Shown here: positions 35,716 to 45,070 of the stretch, piece by piece
Layout of the letters: each line of letters opens with the position of its first letter
Numbering within the stretch: position 1 is the stretch's first letter
From: Dokdonella sp.
GTDB lineage: Bacteria; Pseudomonadota; Gammaproteobacteria; Xanthomonadales; Rhodanobacteraceae
Length of the DNA stretch: 64,000 nt
Assembly: GCA_019634795.1 (NCBI GenBank)
Contig: JAHCAR010000015.1
Location: 12,798 to 76,797, forward strand
Direction: 5' to 3'
Notes under the pieces: generated by a model
Told to the model about the DNA's origin: nothing
The model's input: the letters and a program-made list of their open reading frames with translations, nothing else
The model's database searches: none
Translations under genes and position numbers: made by a program

Positions 35716-37025
35716 GCAACCCGGAAATCACCCGATCCGAAGCGTCCATCGATGGCGCACCGTTCGACCCGCAGGCAGCGCCCTGGCAGGACCGGATCCT
35801 GCGCCGACGCCTTCTCGATACGCTGCAGGGCCTGCGTGACTGCCGCATCACGATCGACGAGGCCGGACAGAAAACCACGCTCGGGACGCCGGCCAATGCC
35901 CCGGAAGACACCTTGCACGCGCATGTCCGCGTGCATGATTCCGCGTTCTATCGGCAACTCGGACTGAATGGCAGCGTCGGCGCCGGCGAGGCCTACATGG
36001 ATGGCCTCTGGGACTGCGACGATCTGGTCGCCCTGACCCGCATCCTCGTGCGCAATCGCGACCACCTCGACGCCATGGAAACCGGACTCGCCCGCTTCGG
36101 CGGCTGGGCCATGCGCGGCTGGAGCGCCTTGATGCGCAACACGCGACGTGGCAGTCGCCGCAACATCGCCGCGCACTACGATCTCGGCAATGAGCTGTTC
36201 GGGCTGTTCCTCGACGAGAACATGATGTACTCCTCGGCGCTGTTCGAGGCCGAAGACGAACCCCTCGAAACTGCGTCGACGCGCAAGCTCGACCGCATCT
36301 GCCGCAAGCTCGGCCTCGGCCCGCAACACCACGTGCTCGAGATCGGCACCGGCTGGGGCGGCTTCGCCCTGCACGCCGCGAGGCACTACGGCTGCCGGGT
36401 AACGACCACGACCATCTCGCGCGAGCAGCACGACCTGGCCAGGCGGCGCGTCGATGCCGCCGGCCTCGGCGATCGCATTACCCTGCTGCTCGAGGACTAC
36501 CGCGATCTCGAGGGCCGCTTCGACCGTCTCGTCTCGATCGAGATGATCGAGGCGATCGGCCACCAGTACCTCGACACTTACTTCCGCACCGTCAACCGTC
36601 TGCTGAAACCCGATGGCATGGCATTGATCCAGGCGATCACGATCGAGGACCATCGCTACCGCAAGGCCCTGAAGGCAGTCGATTTCATCAAGCGCCACAT
36701 CTTTCCGGGCAGCTTCATTCCGTCGGTCGGGGTCATGGCCGGCGCCATCGCGCGCAGCGGCGACATGAAGCTGTTCAACCTCGAGGACATCGGCCCGAGC
36801 TATGCACTGACCCTGCGCGCCTGGCGGCAGCGCTTCGTGGCCCGCCTCGACGCAGTGCGCAAGCTCGGCTACCCCGAACGCTTCATCCGCATGTGGCTGT
36901 TCTACCTGAGCTACTGCGAGGGCGGTTTTCTCGAACGCTCGATCGGTGATGTGCAGATGCTGCTGTGCAAGCCCGGTGCGCGACCGCCGCAGTTCGCACC
37001 TCGTCTGGACAGCGTGGCCGATTGA
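35712..37025 (+). CDS. CFA-synthase-family SAM-dependent lipid methyltransferase (UfaM/UfaA1-like)
   Basis: GEAYMDG.W, NIAAHYDLGN, LEIGTGWG, SIEMIEAIG, YLSYCEGGF. Confidence 0.9.
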   Translation: MSNPEITRSEASIDGAPFDPQAAPWQDRILRRRLLDTLQGLRDCRITIDEAGQKTTLGTPANAPEDTLHAHVRVHDSAFYRQLGLNGSVGAGEAYMDGLWDCDDLVALTRILVRNRDHLDAMETGLARFGGWAMRGWSALMRNTRRGSRRNIAAHYDLGNELFGLFLDENMMYSSALFEAEDEPLETASTRKLDRICRKLGLGPQHHVLEIGTGWGGFALHAARHYGCRVTTTTISREQHDLARRRVDAAGLGDRITLLLEDYRDLEGRFDRLVSIEMIEAIGHQYLDTYFRTVNRLLKPDGMALIQAITIEDHRYRKALKAVDFIKRHIFPGSFIPSVGVMAGAIARSGDMKLFNLEDIGPSYALTLRAWRQRFVARLDAVRKLGYPERFIRMWLFYLSYCEGGFLERSIGDVQMLLCKPGARPPQFAPRLDSVAD

Positions 37026-37129
37026 CATGCACCGCCACCGCCTCGACAACGCGTGGGCCAGGGCCCCGACGAAAAGCCCGATGCGTCGATCCACGACCAC
37101 GTCCTACCTGCACTGCGCGCGTAGGTGGC

Positions 37130-37173
37130 CGTCATCCCGGCGCATGCCTGGATCCGGGGTATCCTCGGATACC
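37130..37173. repeat. Degenerate CGTCATCCCGGC-type palindromic element
   Basis: CGTCATCCCGGCGCATGCCTGGATCC followed by a GGTATCC..GGATACC mini-hairpin in an intra-operon gap. Confidence 0.4.
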
Positions 37174-37271
37174 GAAGGGTTGCCCCTTGCGGCAATCTCA
37201 GGTTCAAGGAGCCACGCGGGCTCTCTTCGCGACTATTGCAGGCTTTCTCTCCGCTCCATCGGCAGGCAAGC

Positions 37272-37826
37272 ATGAAAACCTGGATCAACTTCATCGCATT
37301 CCAGCTGGTCTGGTTCGCCGCGGTCGGCGGCGCCGCCTACGGCATCTGGTGGGCCGGGCCGGCGGCATTTCTCGCATTTGCGGCCTATCACAGGCGCCCC
37401 GACGTGCGACTGCGCGGTGACTTCGGCCTGATGTGGCTGGCCCTGGTCCTCGGCTTCGCCACCGACACGCTGATGGCGGCAGCCGGGCTCTCTCAGTATG
37501 CCGCGGCGGTTCCGGCCGCACCGATCGCGCCGCTCTGGATCCTGTCCCTGTGGGCCGGATTCGCCCTGACCCTCAACCATTCGATGCGCTGGCTGACCGA
37601 GCGACCGCTCTTGATCGTGCCGCTGGCGACGATCGTCGGTCCGACCACGTACTTCGTCGCAGCGCGTGCATGGGGAGCGGTCACCATCATCGCACCCGTG
37701 GAAATTGCCCTCGGCGTGCTCGGCCTGTGCTGGTTCGTTTCGATGCTGGTCCTGAGCCTGGCCGCGCGGCGTTTCGGTCGCGGGCCCGATGATTCGCTGC
37801 CGCTGCCGCTGATGAGGGCGCCATGA
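37272..37826 (+). CDS. DUF2878 family membrane protein
   Basis: NFIAFQLVWF, PLWILSLWAGFALTLNHSM. Confidence 0.85.
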   Translation: MKTWINFIAFQLVWFAAVGGAAYGIWWAGPAAFLAFAAYHRRPDVRLRGDFGLMWLALVLGFATDTLMAAAGLSQYAAAVPAAPIAPLWILSLWAGFALTLNHSMRWLTERPLLIVPLATIVGPTTYFVAARAWGAVTIIAPVEIALGVLGLCWFVSMLVLSLAARRFGRGPDDSLPLPLMRAP

Positions 37827-38620
37827 GCGGGTTCACTTCGATCCTGATCGTCTGGGCCGCCGCCAGCGCGATGATGGTCGGCGGCTGGTTGTACCAGCGC
37901 AGCACGCGCAACGCCGGCATCGTCGATGCCCTGTGGTCGACCGGCATGGCGGCGAGCGCCGTCTTCTATGCCTGGACCGGTTCGGGCGCCACGCTGCCGC
38001 GGCTGCTGGTCGGCGTCATGGGTGCGCTCTGGGGCGCGCGTCTGGCCGCCTACATCTGGCATCGGGTCATGAACGAAAGCGAGGATGGCCGCTACGTCGC
38101 CCTGCGCCAGCGCTGGAACGACAACCAGACCAAGTTCCTCATTTTCTTTCTTGCCCAGGGCCTGCTCACCGCGCTGTTCTCGCTGCCGTTCTGGATCGCC
38201 GCGCACAATCCGGTCGCAGGCTGGACGCCCTGGAGCATCCTCGCCGTGCTGGTCTGGGCCATCGCCCTGGCCGGCGAATCGGTCGCCGACCGCCAGCTGG
38301 CCGCGTTCCGCGCCGAGCCGTCGAACAAGGGCAAGACCTGCAGGCGCGGTCTGTGGCGTTATTCGCGCCATCCGAATTATTTCTTCGAATGGCTGCACTG
38401 GTTCGCCTACGTCGCGCTGGCCGTTGGCAGCGGAACAGGCTGGGTCCTCGCCAGTCTGGTCGGCCCGACCCTGATGCTCTGCACCCTGTACTGGGTGACC
38501 GGCATTCCCTATACCGAGGCCCAGGCCCTGCGCTCGCGCGGCGACGACTACCGCGACTACCAGCGCACGACGAGCCCGCTGATTCCGTGGTTCCCGCGCA
38601 AATCAAGGGACCCCAGGTAG
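37823..38620 (+). CDS. DUF1295 family membrane protein (5-alpha-reductase/ICMT-like)
   Basis: NAGIVDALW, EDGRY, ESVADRQL, GLWRYSRHPNYFFEW. Confidence 0.88.
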   Translation: MSGFTSILIVWAAASAMMVGGWLYQRSTRNAGIVDALWSTGMAASAVFYAWTGSGATLPRLLVGVMGALWGARLAAYIWHRVMNESEDGRYVALRQRWNDNQTKFLIFFLAQGLLTALFSLPFWIAAHNPVAGWTPWSILAVLVWAIALAGESVADRQLAAFRAEPSNKGKTCRRGLWRYSRHPNYFFEWLHWFAYVALAVGSGTGWVLASLVGPTLMLCTLYWVTGIPYTEAQALRSRGDDYRDYQRTTSPLIPWFPRKSRDPR

Positions 38621-38649
38621 GTTGGCGGTGAGCGCAAGCGAACCCCAAC
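38617..38649 (+). repeat. GTAG-family REP overlapping the DUF1295 stop codon
   Basis: GTAGGTTGGCGGTGAGCGCAAGCGAACCCCAAC, near-identical to the REP at 61145. Confidence 0.7.
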
Positions 38650-38760
38650 GGCGCATTGCGCCAACGGGTGGCTGGGCGCAACGCCATGCCATGCCACGCC
38701 ACGCCAACAACAATTTCCACTTTCGTTGCATATCGATTGCAACGTGATCAAGGACACGAC

Positions 38761-39855
38761 ATGACAGCCGACACCCTGACCAACCCAGGCCACCGGAATG
38801 AAGCCCCAATCGAGCGCGAAAGCCTGCTGACCCGCTGGGCCGAGCGCGGCCGGCTTCCCGACGCGCTGCTGCGTCTCGGCATCCGGCGCATGTGCGCGGC
38901 GCGGCTGCGCGAGGAGACGGTCGGCGGCATCGAAGCGAGCGCCGAACGCCAGCGCGCGCGCATCGACGAACTGCGCGCCAGCCCGATCGCGATCGAGACC
39001 GATGCCGCCAACACCCAGCACTACGAACTGCCACCAGCCTTCTTCAGGCTCTGCCTCGGCCATCACCTCAAGTACAGCGCCTGCTACTGGGACGATTCGA
39101 CGCCCGACCTCGATGCCGCCGAAGCGCGCATGCTCGGCCTCTATGGCAAGCGCGCCGAACTCGCCGATGGCCAGCAGATCCTCGAGCTCGGCTGCGGTTG
39201 GGGCTCGCTGACCCTGTGGATGGCCGCGCGCTTTCCGAATGCGCGGATCACCGCGGTCTCCAATTCGCGGCCGCAACGCGAATTCATCGAAGCGCGCTGC
39301 CGCGAACGCGACCTGGCCAATGTCGAGGTCGTCACCACCGACGTCAACCTGCTGAGCCTCGACGCAGGCCGCTTCGATCGCGTCGTCTCGATCGAGATGT
39401 TCGAGCACATGCGCAACTACGAGCACCTGCTGCAGCGCGTCGGCGCATGGCTCAAGCCGGGTGGCAAGCTGTTCGTCCACATCTTCTGCCACAAGACCCT
39501 GGCTTATCCGTTCGAGACGCAGGGCGAGGACAACTGGATGGGGCGCCACTTCTTCACCGGCGGGCTGATGCCGGCCGCGGATACCCTGCTGCACTTCCAG
39601 CGTGACGTCGCCATCGAGGAGCGCTGGCTGCTGCCCGGCACGCATTACGAGAAGACCGCCAATGCCTGGCTCGCCAACCAGGACCGCAATCGCGACGCAG
39701 TTATGCAGGTCTTCGAGCAAGCCTACGGGCCGCACCAGGCCCGGCTCTGGCACCAGCGCTGGCGCATGTTCTGGATGGCCTGCGCCGAACTGTTCGGCTA
39801 TGCCGGCGGCAGCGAGTGGCTGGTTGCGCACTACCGGTTCGGCAAGCTTCGCTAG
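38761..39855 (+). CDS. Second SAM-dependent methyltransferase (CFA/coclaurine-NMT-like)
   Basis: ANTQHYELP, KYSACYW, LELGCGWGS, SIEMFEHMRN, FFTGGLMP. Confidence 0.88.
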   Translation: MTADTLTNPGHRNEAPIERESLLTRWAERGRLPDALLRLGIRRMCAARLREETVGGIEASAERQRARIDELRASPIAIETDAANTQHYELPPAFFRLCLGHHLKYSACYWDDSTPDLDAAEARMLGLYGKRAELADGQQILELGCGWGSLTLWMAARFPNARITAVSNSRPQREFIEARCRERDLANVEVVTTDVNLLSLDAGRFDRVVSIEMFEHMRNYEHLLQRVGAWLKPGGKLFVHIFCHKTLAYPFETQGEDNWMGRHFFTGGLMPAADTLLHFQRDVAIEERWLLPGTHYEKTANAWLANQDRNRDAVMQVFEQAYGPHQARLWHQRWRMFWMACAELFGYAGGSEWLVAHYRFGKLR

Positions 39856-39924
39856 CGCGGTTGCCGGCCGCCGAAAGAACGAGCATGTCACCCGGAAGCG
39901 CGCTGGTCTAAGATCGGACGATCG

Positions 39925-40575
39925 ATGGAAACCGCCGGATCGGTCGAAATGGATTCCGCAAGTCCGCAACTCTCCCGCTCATCCCGTCCAGGGCGAGCTT
40001 GGCTCCGGGCTCTGTTGTGGCTCAGCGTTCTCATGTTGCTGGCCGCGGCGATCATGCTCGTGGTGAACCCGTTCAAGACCGCCAGCTACGATCCGCGCGC
40101 GCGGATTCTTGGCTTCGTACCCTACACCATCGCGAACAACGCAATGGCGCCCGCGATTCGACGAGGCGATATCGTGGTCGTGCGCACCTGGGTCTATCGG
40201 ACCGCCGCCCCGCAACGAGGCGACGTCATCGTTTTCAATTACCCGCCGAATCCGGACCAGGTCTACATCAAGCGCGTCATCGGCATTCCTGGAGATCGCG
40301 TGGCGATCCGCGATGACAAGTTGTGGCTCGATCGCGAGACCGAAAGCCCTGCCGCCGCATCGGACGACGAGCAGACGGAGACTGCGCTTGCCCACCAGGC
40401 GGCCAATGTCATTCCCGCGGACTCCTACTACGTACTCGGAGACAACCGGGCCAACAGCAGCGACAGCCGCTACTGGGGGTACGTGCCGCGGGCCAACATC
40501 ATCGGTCGCGCAGACGCAATCTGGTCTGCCGGAGACCCGGCGCGGATCGGCCCGATCAAAGGAATTTCACCCTGA
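39925..40575 (+). CDS. Signal peptidase I (S26) homologue lacking the catalytic Ser
   Basis: Box D YIKRVIGIPGD and box E GDNRANSSDSRYWG intact; box B reads IANNAMAP instead of IPSxSMxP. Confidence 0.8.
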   Translation: METAGSVEMDSASPQLSRSSRPGRAWLRALLWLSVLMLLAAAIMLVVNPFKTASYDPRARILGFVPYTIANNAMAPAIRRGDIVVVRTWVYRTAAPQRGDVIVFNYPPNPDQVYIKRVIGIPGDRVAIRDDKLWLDRETESPAAASDDEQTETALAHQAANVIPADSYYVLGDNRANSSDSRYWGYVPRANIIGRADAIWSAGDPARIGPIKGISP

Positions 40576-40675
40576 GTTCCATCGCGTTCGCTGCGAAGCA
40601 AGTTCGAAGATCTGCGCTGGCCTGCCTTCCCTTGGCCACCCGCACTTGTTCAGGCATGCATCTGCTGAGCGCTGC

Positions 40676-40903
40676 GAACCGTGGGAACCGAACGTCACCG
40701 CGATGCGCGATCCGGCCCGCCTGAAATGGCGCAAGCGGATCACTCCGGGGACTCCGTTGCCGACGCCGTGGCCGAAAGCCGAATTCGAGGAACCTCTGCG
40801 CGAGTCCCAGAGGACGCGCACACAACTGCGCAAGGCCAACAGGCCGAAGTCGGAAATGAATGCGCTGTTCCATCGCGAGCAGCGCATCGACGAAGAGCTG
40901 TTC
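40676..40903 (+). pseudogene. Fragment resembling the C-terminal part of an M64 (IgA peptidase) family protein
   Basis: EPWEPNVTAMRDPARLKW..PGTPLPTPWPKAEFE..LRKANRPKSEMNALF with no plausible N-terminus or zinc motif; recognised from memory. Confidence 0.55.
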
Positions 40904-41036
40904 ATGTCCTCGGACAGCCGCAAGGTAGGGTCCGCAGCGATGCCATCGAAGCGGTGATCGACCAGTACTCGGCGCCGACGTCGAAATCCCGGAACACAGA
41001 TGTCCCGAAAACCGACTGAGGCCACTGCCGCGAAAT

Positions 41037-41714
41037 TCAGGCCCGCGGGCCGGCCCGACGCATCGCGCGCAGCCGCTGTTGCACCGAGCGCTCGGGCTTG
41101 CAGAGTTTCCACTTGGCGAAGGCGAGCAGGAAGAAGTAGAGCGCGCCGAAGGCCATGACCCGGTACGGCTCATCGATCCAGATCCCGCTGGCGCCGGCTG
41201 GCAGGCCCAGCGTGGAGGGTTTCATTCCGGAGAGCCCCAGCGCCGGCAGCGGCAACAGGGTCGTCGCAAACGCACCGCCGAGGAATGCGAGCACCGACAC
41301 GCCCCAGATGGCGAACTCGTTCATATCCGTTTCCTGCGAGGACGCACGCGCCGCGAATGACGGGCCGAACTTGCCGAACAGCAACCAGCCGAACGCGAGG
41401 TACGGCCACCACGCATCGAATGCATGCGACAGGGCGGCGATGAACAGCAGATAGAGGCCGATTGGTGCAGCGACCGCGAGTGCGCGCGTCAGGCGAGTGT
41501 CGCGCCCGGCCAGCATCACCGCGACCAATACCGGCAGCATGACCGTGGCATGCACGAGCACGAACTCCACGAGCATCACCAGCATGCCGTTGCGCACGCC
41601 GTGCGGGCCGAATGCGAACGGCGATATCCAGAGAGTCAGGAACACGCCACCGGTGACGGTATCTGGGAGCGCGGCGATCGCGCAGGCGACGACGGCAGGG
41701 AGGAAGCCTTTCAT
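41037..41714 (-). CDS. Multi-pass membrane protein of unknown function
   Basis: About 6 hydrophobic segments; MLVEFVLVH; start MKGFLP. Confidence 0.7.
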   Translation of the reverse strand: MKGFLPAVVACAIAALPDTVTGGVFLTLWISPFAFGPHGVRNGMLVMLVEFVLVHATVMLPVLVAVMLAGRDTRLTRALAVAAPIGLYLLFIAALSHAFDAWWPYLAFGWLLFGKFGPSFAARASSQETDMNEFAIWGVSVLAFLGGAFATTLLPLPALGLSGMKPSTLGLPAGASGIWIDEPYRVMAFGALYFFLLAFAKWKLCKPERSVQQRLRAMRRAGPRA

Positions 41715-41847
41715 GGCGCCGGCAACTCTATCAAATGTGGGCCGCGTGCAAGGCATGCGACCGGATCCCCGACCTTGCGCCGCCCGGATACCCGATGGCT
41801 TGACTGGCCCTGCCCGCACCGCCATAAGAAGCGCTGAGGATGCGCAG

Positions 41848-43557
41848 ATGAAACGACTCTCGAAAGGCATCATGGTGTTCGTGATCGGCGTGCTGCTGCT
41901 CGCCGCCGGCCTGTTGTTCTCGTTCGATGCGAACCGCTTTCGACCGCAGATCGAGGATGCCCTGGCCGATACCCTCGGGCGCCCGGTGTCGCTCGGCCAG
42001 TTGCGCGTTTCGCCATGGACCGCTTCACTGGAGGCCGACGACTTTCGCATCGACGAGGATCCGGCCTTCAGCGACGAGTCCTTCGTCAGTGCTGGCGCGA
42101 TCCGGGTCGGCGTGTACCTGTGGCCGCTGCTCGTGCATCGCGAGGTCCATATCGCCTCGCTGACCCTCGATCACCCGATCGTGGCCCTGCGCCAGGATTC
42201 CTCGGGACGCTGGAATTTCGCCAGCCTGGCCCATGTCCGCAAGCGCCCCTCCCCGCCAGGCGGCCAGACACCGCCGAACTCGACCGTTCGCATCGACAGC
42301 CTTCGCGTCAACGACGGCGAAGTCATTGTCGATCGACCTTCCATCGGTGAGCGCCGCTATCGCGCCGTGCAGCTGCTGGCGCGCGACTTCAGCCGCAGCG
42401 AGCGCTTTCCATTCCGGATCAGCGCAAAGCCGAACGGCGCGGGTGCGCTCGAGCTCGAAGGCCAGTTCGGCCCCTGGGACCGGAACGATGCATCGCGAAC
42501 GCCGTTCGACGCCCGCTTGCAGCTGCGCGATCTCGATCTGGTCGCCGGCGGTTTCATGAGGGCCGACAGTGGCGTCGGCGGCAGCATTGACGCTGACAGT
42601 CGCATCGTTTCCGCGGACGGCATCCTGCGCGCCACCGGAACCTTCGAGGTGCGGCAGCTGCAGCTGGTTGCCGCCGGCTCGCCCTCGCCGCAGTCGATCG
42701 TCGTCGACTACCAGACCGATTTCGACCTGCAGGCTCGTGAGGGGCGCATCGGCAAGACCACGATCCGCGCTGGCGCCGCGCAGATGGATGTCGAGGGCCG
42801 ATTCGAAGGCGGAGATGGCGCCCTGCAGCTCGATCTGCAGGTTCGCGGCCGCCAGCTTGCGGTCGATGAACTGCAGTCGATCCTGCCCGCGTTCGGCGTG
42901 GTCGTTCCGGAAAAATCGCGATTGCGCAGCGGACAGCTCGACTTCGATCTCGTCGCCACAGGATCGCTCGATGAGCTTTCGATCCAAGGTCCGGTCTCGC
43001 TACATGACGTCGTGCTGGCCGGCTTCAGCCTCGGCTCGAAGCTCGGCGCAGCGCTCTCCCTGGCCGGCATCCGTACACCGCCCGATACCGTGATCGAGAG
43101 TGCCGAGGCGACCCTGGCCATCGGCAGGCCGGGAATCACCGCCGATCCGCTCTCGGCCGAAATCGTCGACCTCGGCAGCCTGCGCGGCTACGCCACGATG
43201 GCACCCGACCGCTCACTCGACGGGCGCCTTCGCCTGGTCCTCGACGAGGCCGTGACCTCCGGCGATGACGCGATCGGCCTGGCCAGCCTGCTCAACCGGG
43301 CCTTCGGCCGCTCGGCCAACCGGGGCATCGGCGTGCGCCTGAGCGGCAGCGCTGGCAAGCCACGCTTCAAGGTCGATCCGAACGCGATCGTCGACCTGCT
43401 CGGCGCAGGCATTTCCGAATCGGCTGGCAACGACGATTCTCCAGACAACGCGCGCTCGTCGCGCCAGCGCAACGAAGCCCTGCTCAGGGAGCTCCTGCGC
43501 GGCGTCCTCGACAAGCACCGGAAGTCTTCCGACAAGGACCAGGACGATCCCGCCTGA
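41848..43557 (+). CDS. AsmA family protein
   Basis: N-terminal TM then FDANRFRPQIE..LGRPV, WPLL..EVHI, GRWNF. Confidence 0.8.
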   Translation: MKRLSKGIMVFVIGVLLLAAGLLFSFDANRFRPQIEDALADTLGRPVSLGQLRVSPWTASLEADDFRIDEDPAFSDESFVSAGAIRVGVYLWPLLVHREVHIASLTLDHPIVALRQDSSGRWNFASLAHVRKRPSPPGGQTPPNSTVRIDSLRVNDGEVIVDRPSIGERRYRAVQLLARDFSRSERFPFRISAKPNGAGALELEGQFGPWDRNDASRTPFDARLQLRDLDLVAGGFMRADSGVGGSIDADSRIVSADGILRATGTFEVRQLQLVAAGSPSPQSIVVDYQTDFDLQAREGRIGKTTIRAGAAQMDVEGRFEGGDGALQLDLQVRGRQLAVDELQSILPAFGVVVPEKSRLRSGQLDFDLVATGSLDELSIQGPVSLHDVVLAGFSLGSKLGAALSLAGIRTPPDTVIESAEATLAIGRPGITADPLSAEIVDLGSLRGYATMAPDRSLDGRLRLVLDEAVTSGDDAIGLASLLNRAFGRSANRGIGVRLSGSAGKPRFKVDPNAIVDLLGAGISESAGNDDSPDNARSSRQRNEALLRELLRGVLDKHRKSSDKDQDDPA

Positions 43558-43634
43558 GTGTCGCCCGATCGATGTCTTTCCGGCGCCCTCCCGTTCGTCG
43601 GCAAGGTTACACCCCAGCAGCAGGAGAGCATTTC

Positions 43635-44258
43635 GTGCAAATTTACTGGATCAAGGCCCAGGCGCCGCGACGCGTTCTCGCACTCGCCAAACACCTCGGC
43701 GTGGAGGCGGAGTTCATCAAGCTCGACGCGAGCAACGCCGAGCATCGGTCGGCGCAATACATCGCCCTCAATCCCAACATGAAGGCACCGACCCTCGTCG
43801 ACGGTCCGCTCGCTCTCTGGGAATCGGCGGCGATCATGGCGCACCTGTGCATCAAGCAGGGCTCCGACATGTGGCCGGCACACGATCCCGCCGAACAGGT
43901 CGAAGTCCTGCGCTGGATATCGTGGGATCTTGGCCATTGGGAAACCGCCGTCGCACCGTTCTACTTCGAGCACGTGGTCAAGGCGACCTTCGGCCTCGGT
44001 CCGCCCGATTCCGCGTCGCTGCAGAATCACGTCGGCGGCTTCAGGCGCTACGCCAAGGTACTCGACGAGCATCTGTCCGACCGCGATACCGTGGCCTGCG
44101 GTCGCCTGACCATCGCCGACTTCCAGCTCGCCTCGATGGCCTGCCACTGGCGCGAATCGGAAATGCCGATGCAGGATTTCCCGAACATCGTCCGCTGGCT
44201 CGATTCGCTGGAACGAATCCCGGCCTGGTCCGATCCCTGGCCGGCAGGGCCTGGCTGA
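43635..44258 (+). CDS. Glutathione S-transferase
   Basis: LNPNMKAPTLVD, LWESAAI, LTIADF; AGGAG RBS before the GTG start. Confidence 0.88.
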   Translation: MQIYWIKAQAPRRVLALAKHLGVEAEFIKLDASNAEHRSAQYIALNPNMKAPTLVDGPLALWESAAIMAHLCIKQGSDMWPAHDPAEQVEVLRWISWDLGHWETAVAPFYFEHVVKATFGLGPPDSASLQNHVGGFRRYAKVLDEHLSDRDTVACGRLTIADFQLASMACHWRESEMPMQDFPNIVRWLDSLERIPAWSDPWPAGPG

Positions 44259-44374
44259 GTGCGACGTCGAATCTGGAAACCGTCGGCGTGGATCAAGTTG
44301 GTCGCGGTCCCGTCGGCGGCCAGGCCGAATTCGAGTTCGAATACTACGCAGTCTGAGCAAGGGGCCCATCGCGG

Positions 44375-45004
44375 TCAGGTCCAACCCGCCCACGCCGTCG
44401 AGAACGCGACCGCGAGCAGAACGACGCCGACGCCGCGAGCCAGCCAGGCATCGGCCTGGGGCCGCGCCCCGAGCCATTTTCGCAGCCGGTTGCCGGCCAG
44501 GGCCATGCCACCGTAGATCGCAACCTGCGTTGCCGCGATGATCATCCAGAGAAGCAGGGCCTGGGATCCCAGCGTTCCAAGTTCTGGCCTGAGGAACTGC
44601 GGAAAGACCGCGAGCATGAACAGATACGCCTTTGGATTGAGCAGGCAGGTGAACATGCCGCGGCAAAAGATCGTGAGCAACGAAGGTGCCTCGACGGTCG
44701 GCAATTCACCAACCGTCGCCCGGCTGCGCAGCAGCGACCAGCCGATCCACACGATGTAGGCCGCGCCTGCGACCAGCATCGCGTTGAAGGCTGCCGGAAC
44801 GACGCGCAGCAGGGTCATCACGCCGAGCATGGCCAGAACGACGTGGCAGGCGCCTCCCGCAACCACCCCGGCGGTGGCGACAAGCCCGCGGCGCCAGCCA
44901 CCGACCAGCGAGTTCGCCATGACGTACGCCATGTCGAGGCCTGGCAACAGGATGACTCCGAGCACCATCGCGAAGAACAACCACAGATCCGCAGTCTGCA
45001 ACAT
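44375..45004 (-). CDS. LysE/RhtB family exporter
   Basis: LPGLD, GAAYIVWIG, LLNPKAYLF..FPQF. Confidence 0.9.
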   Translation of the reverse strand: MLQTADLWLFFAMVLGVILLPGLDMAYVMANSLVGGWRRGLVATAGVVAGGACHVVLAMLGVMTLLRVVPAAFNAMLVAGAAYIVWIGWSLLRSRATVGELPTVEAPSLLTIFCRGMFTCLLNPKAYLFMLAVFPQFLRPELGTLGSQALLLWMIIAATQVAIYGGMALAGNRLRKWLGARPQADAWLARGVGVVLLAVAFSTAWAGWT

Positions 45005-45070
45005 GTCGGCATGCTCCGATCGAGTTTTTCCGAATCGAGGGATCGATCTGTCGATCGAGATCCCGGGCCA

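Noticed and set aside
30562-37025. Apparent long N-terminal extensions or fusions in the ORF track (sigma 397 aa, oxidoreductase 694 aa, DUF1365 541 aa, methylase 761 aa)
   Set aside because: Real starts are internal and mostly coupled by ATGA/TGATG overlaps; the extensions are stop-free upstream frames.
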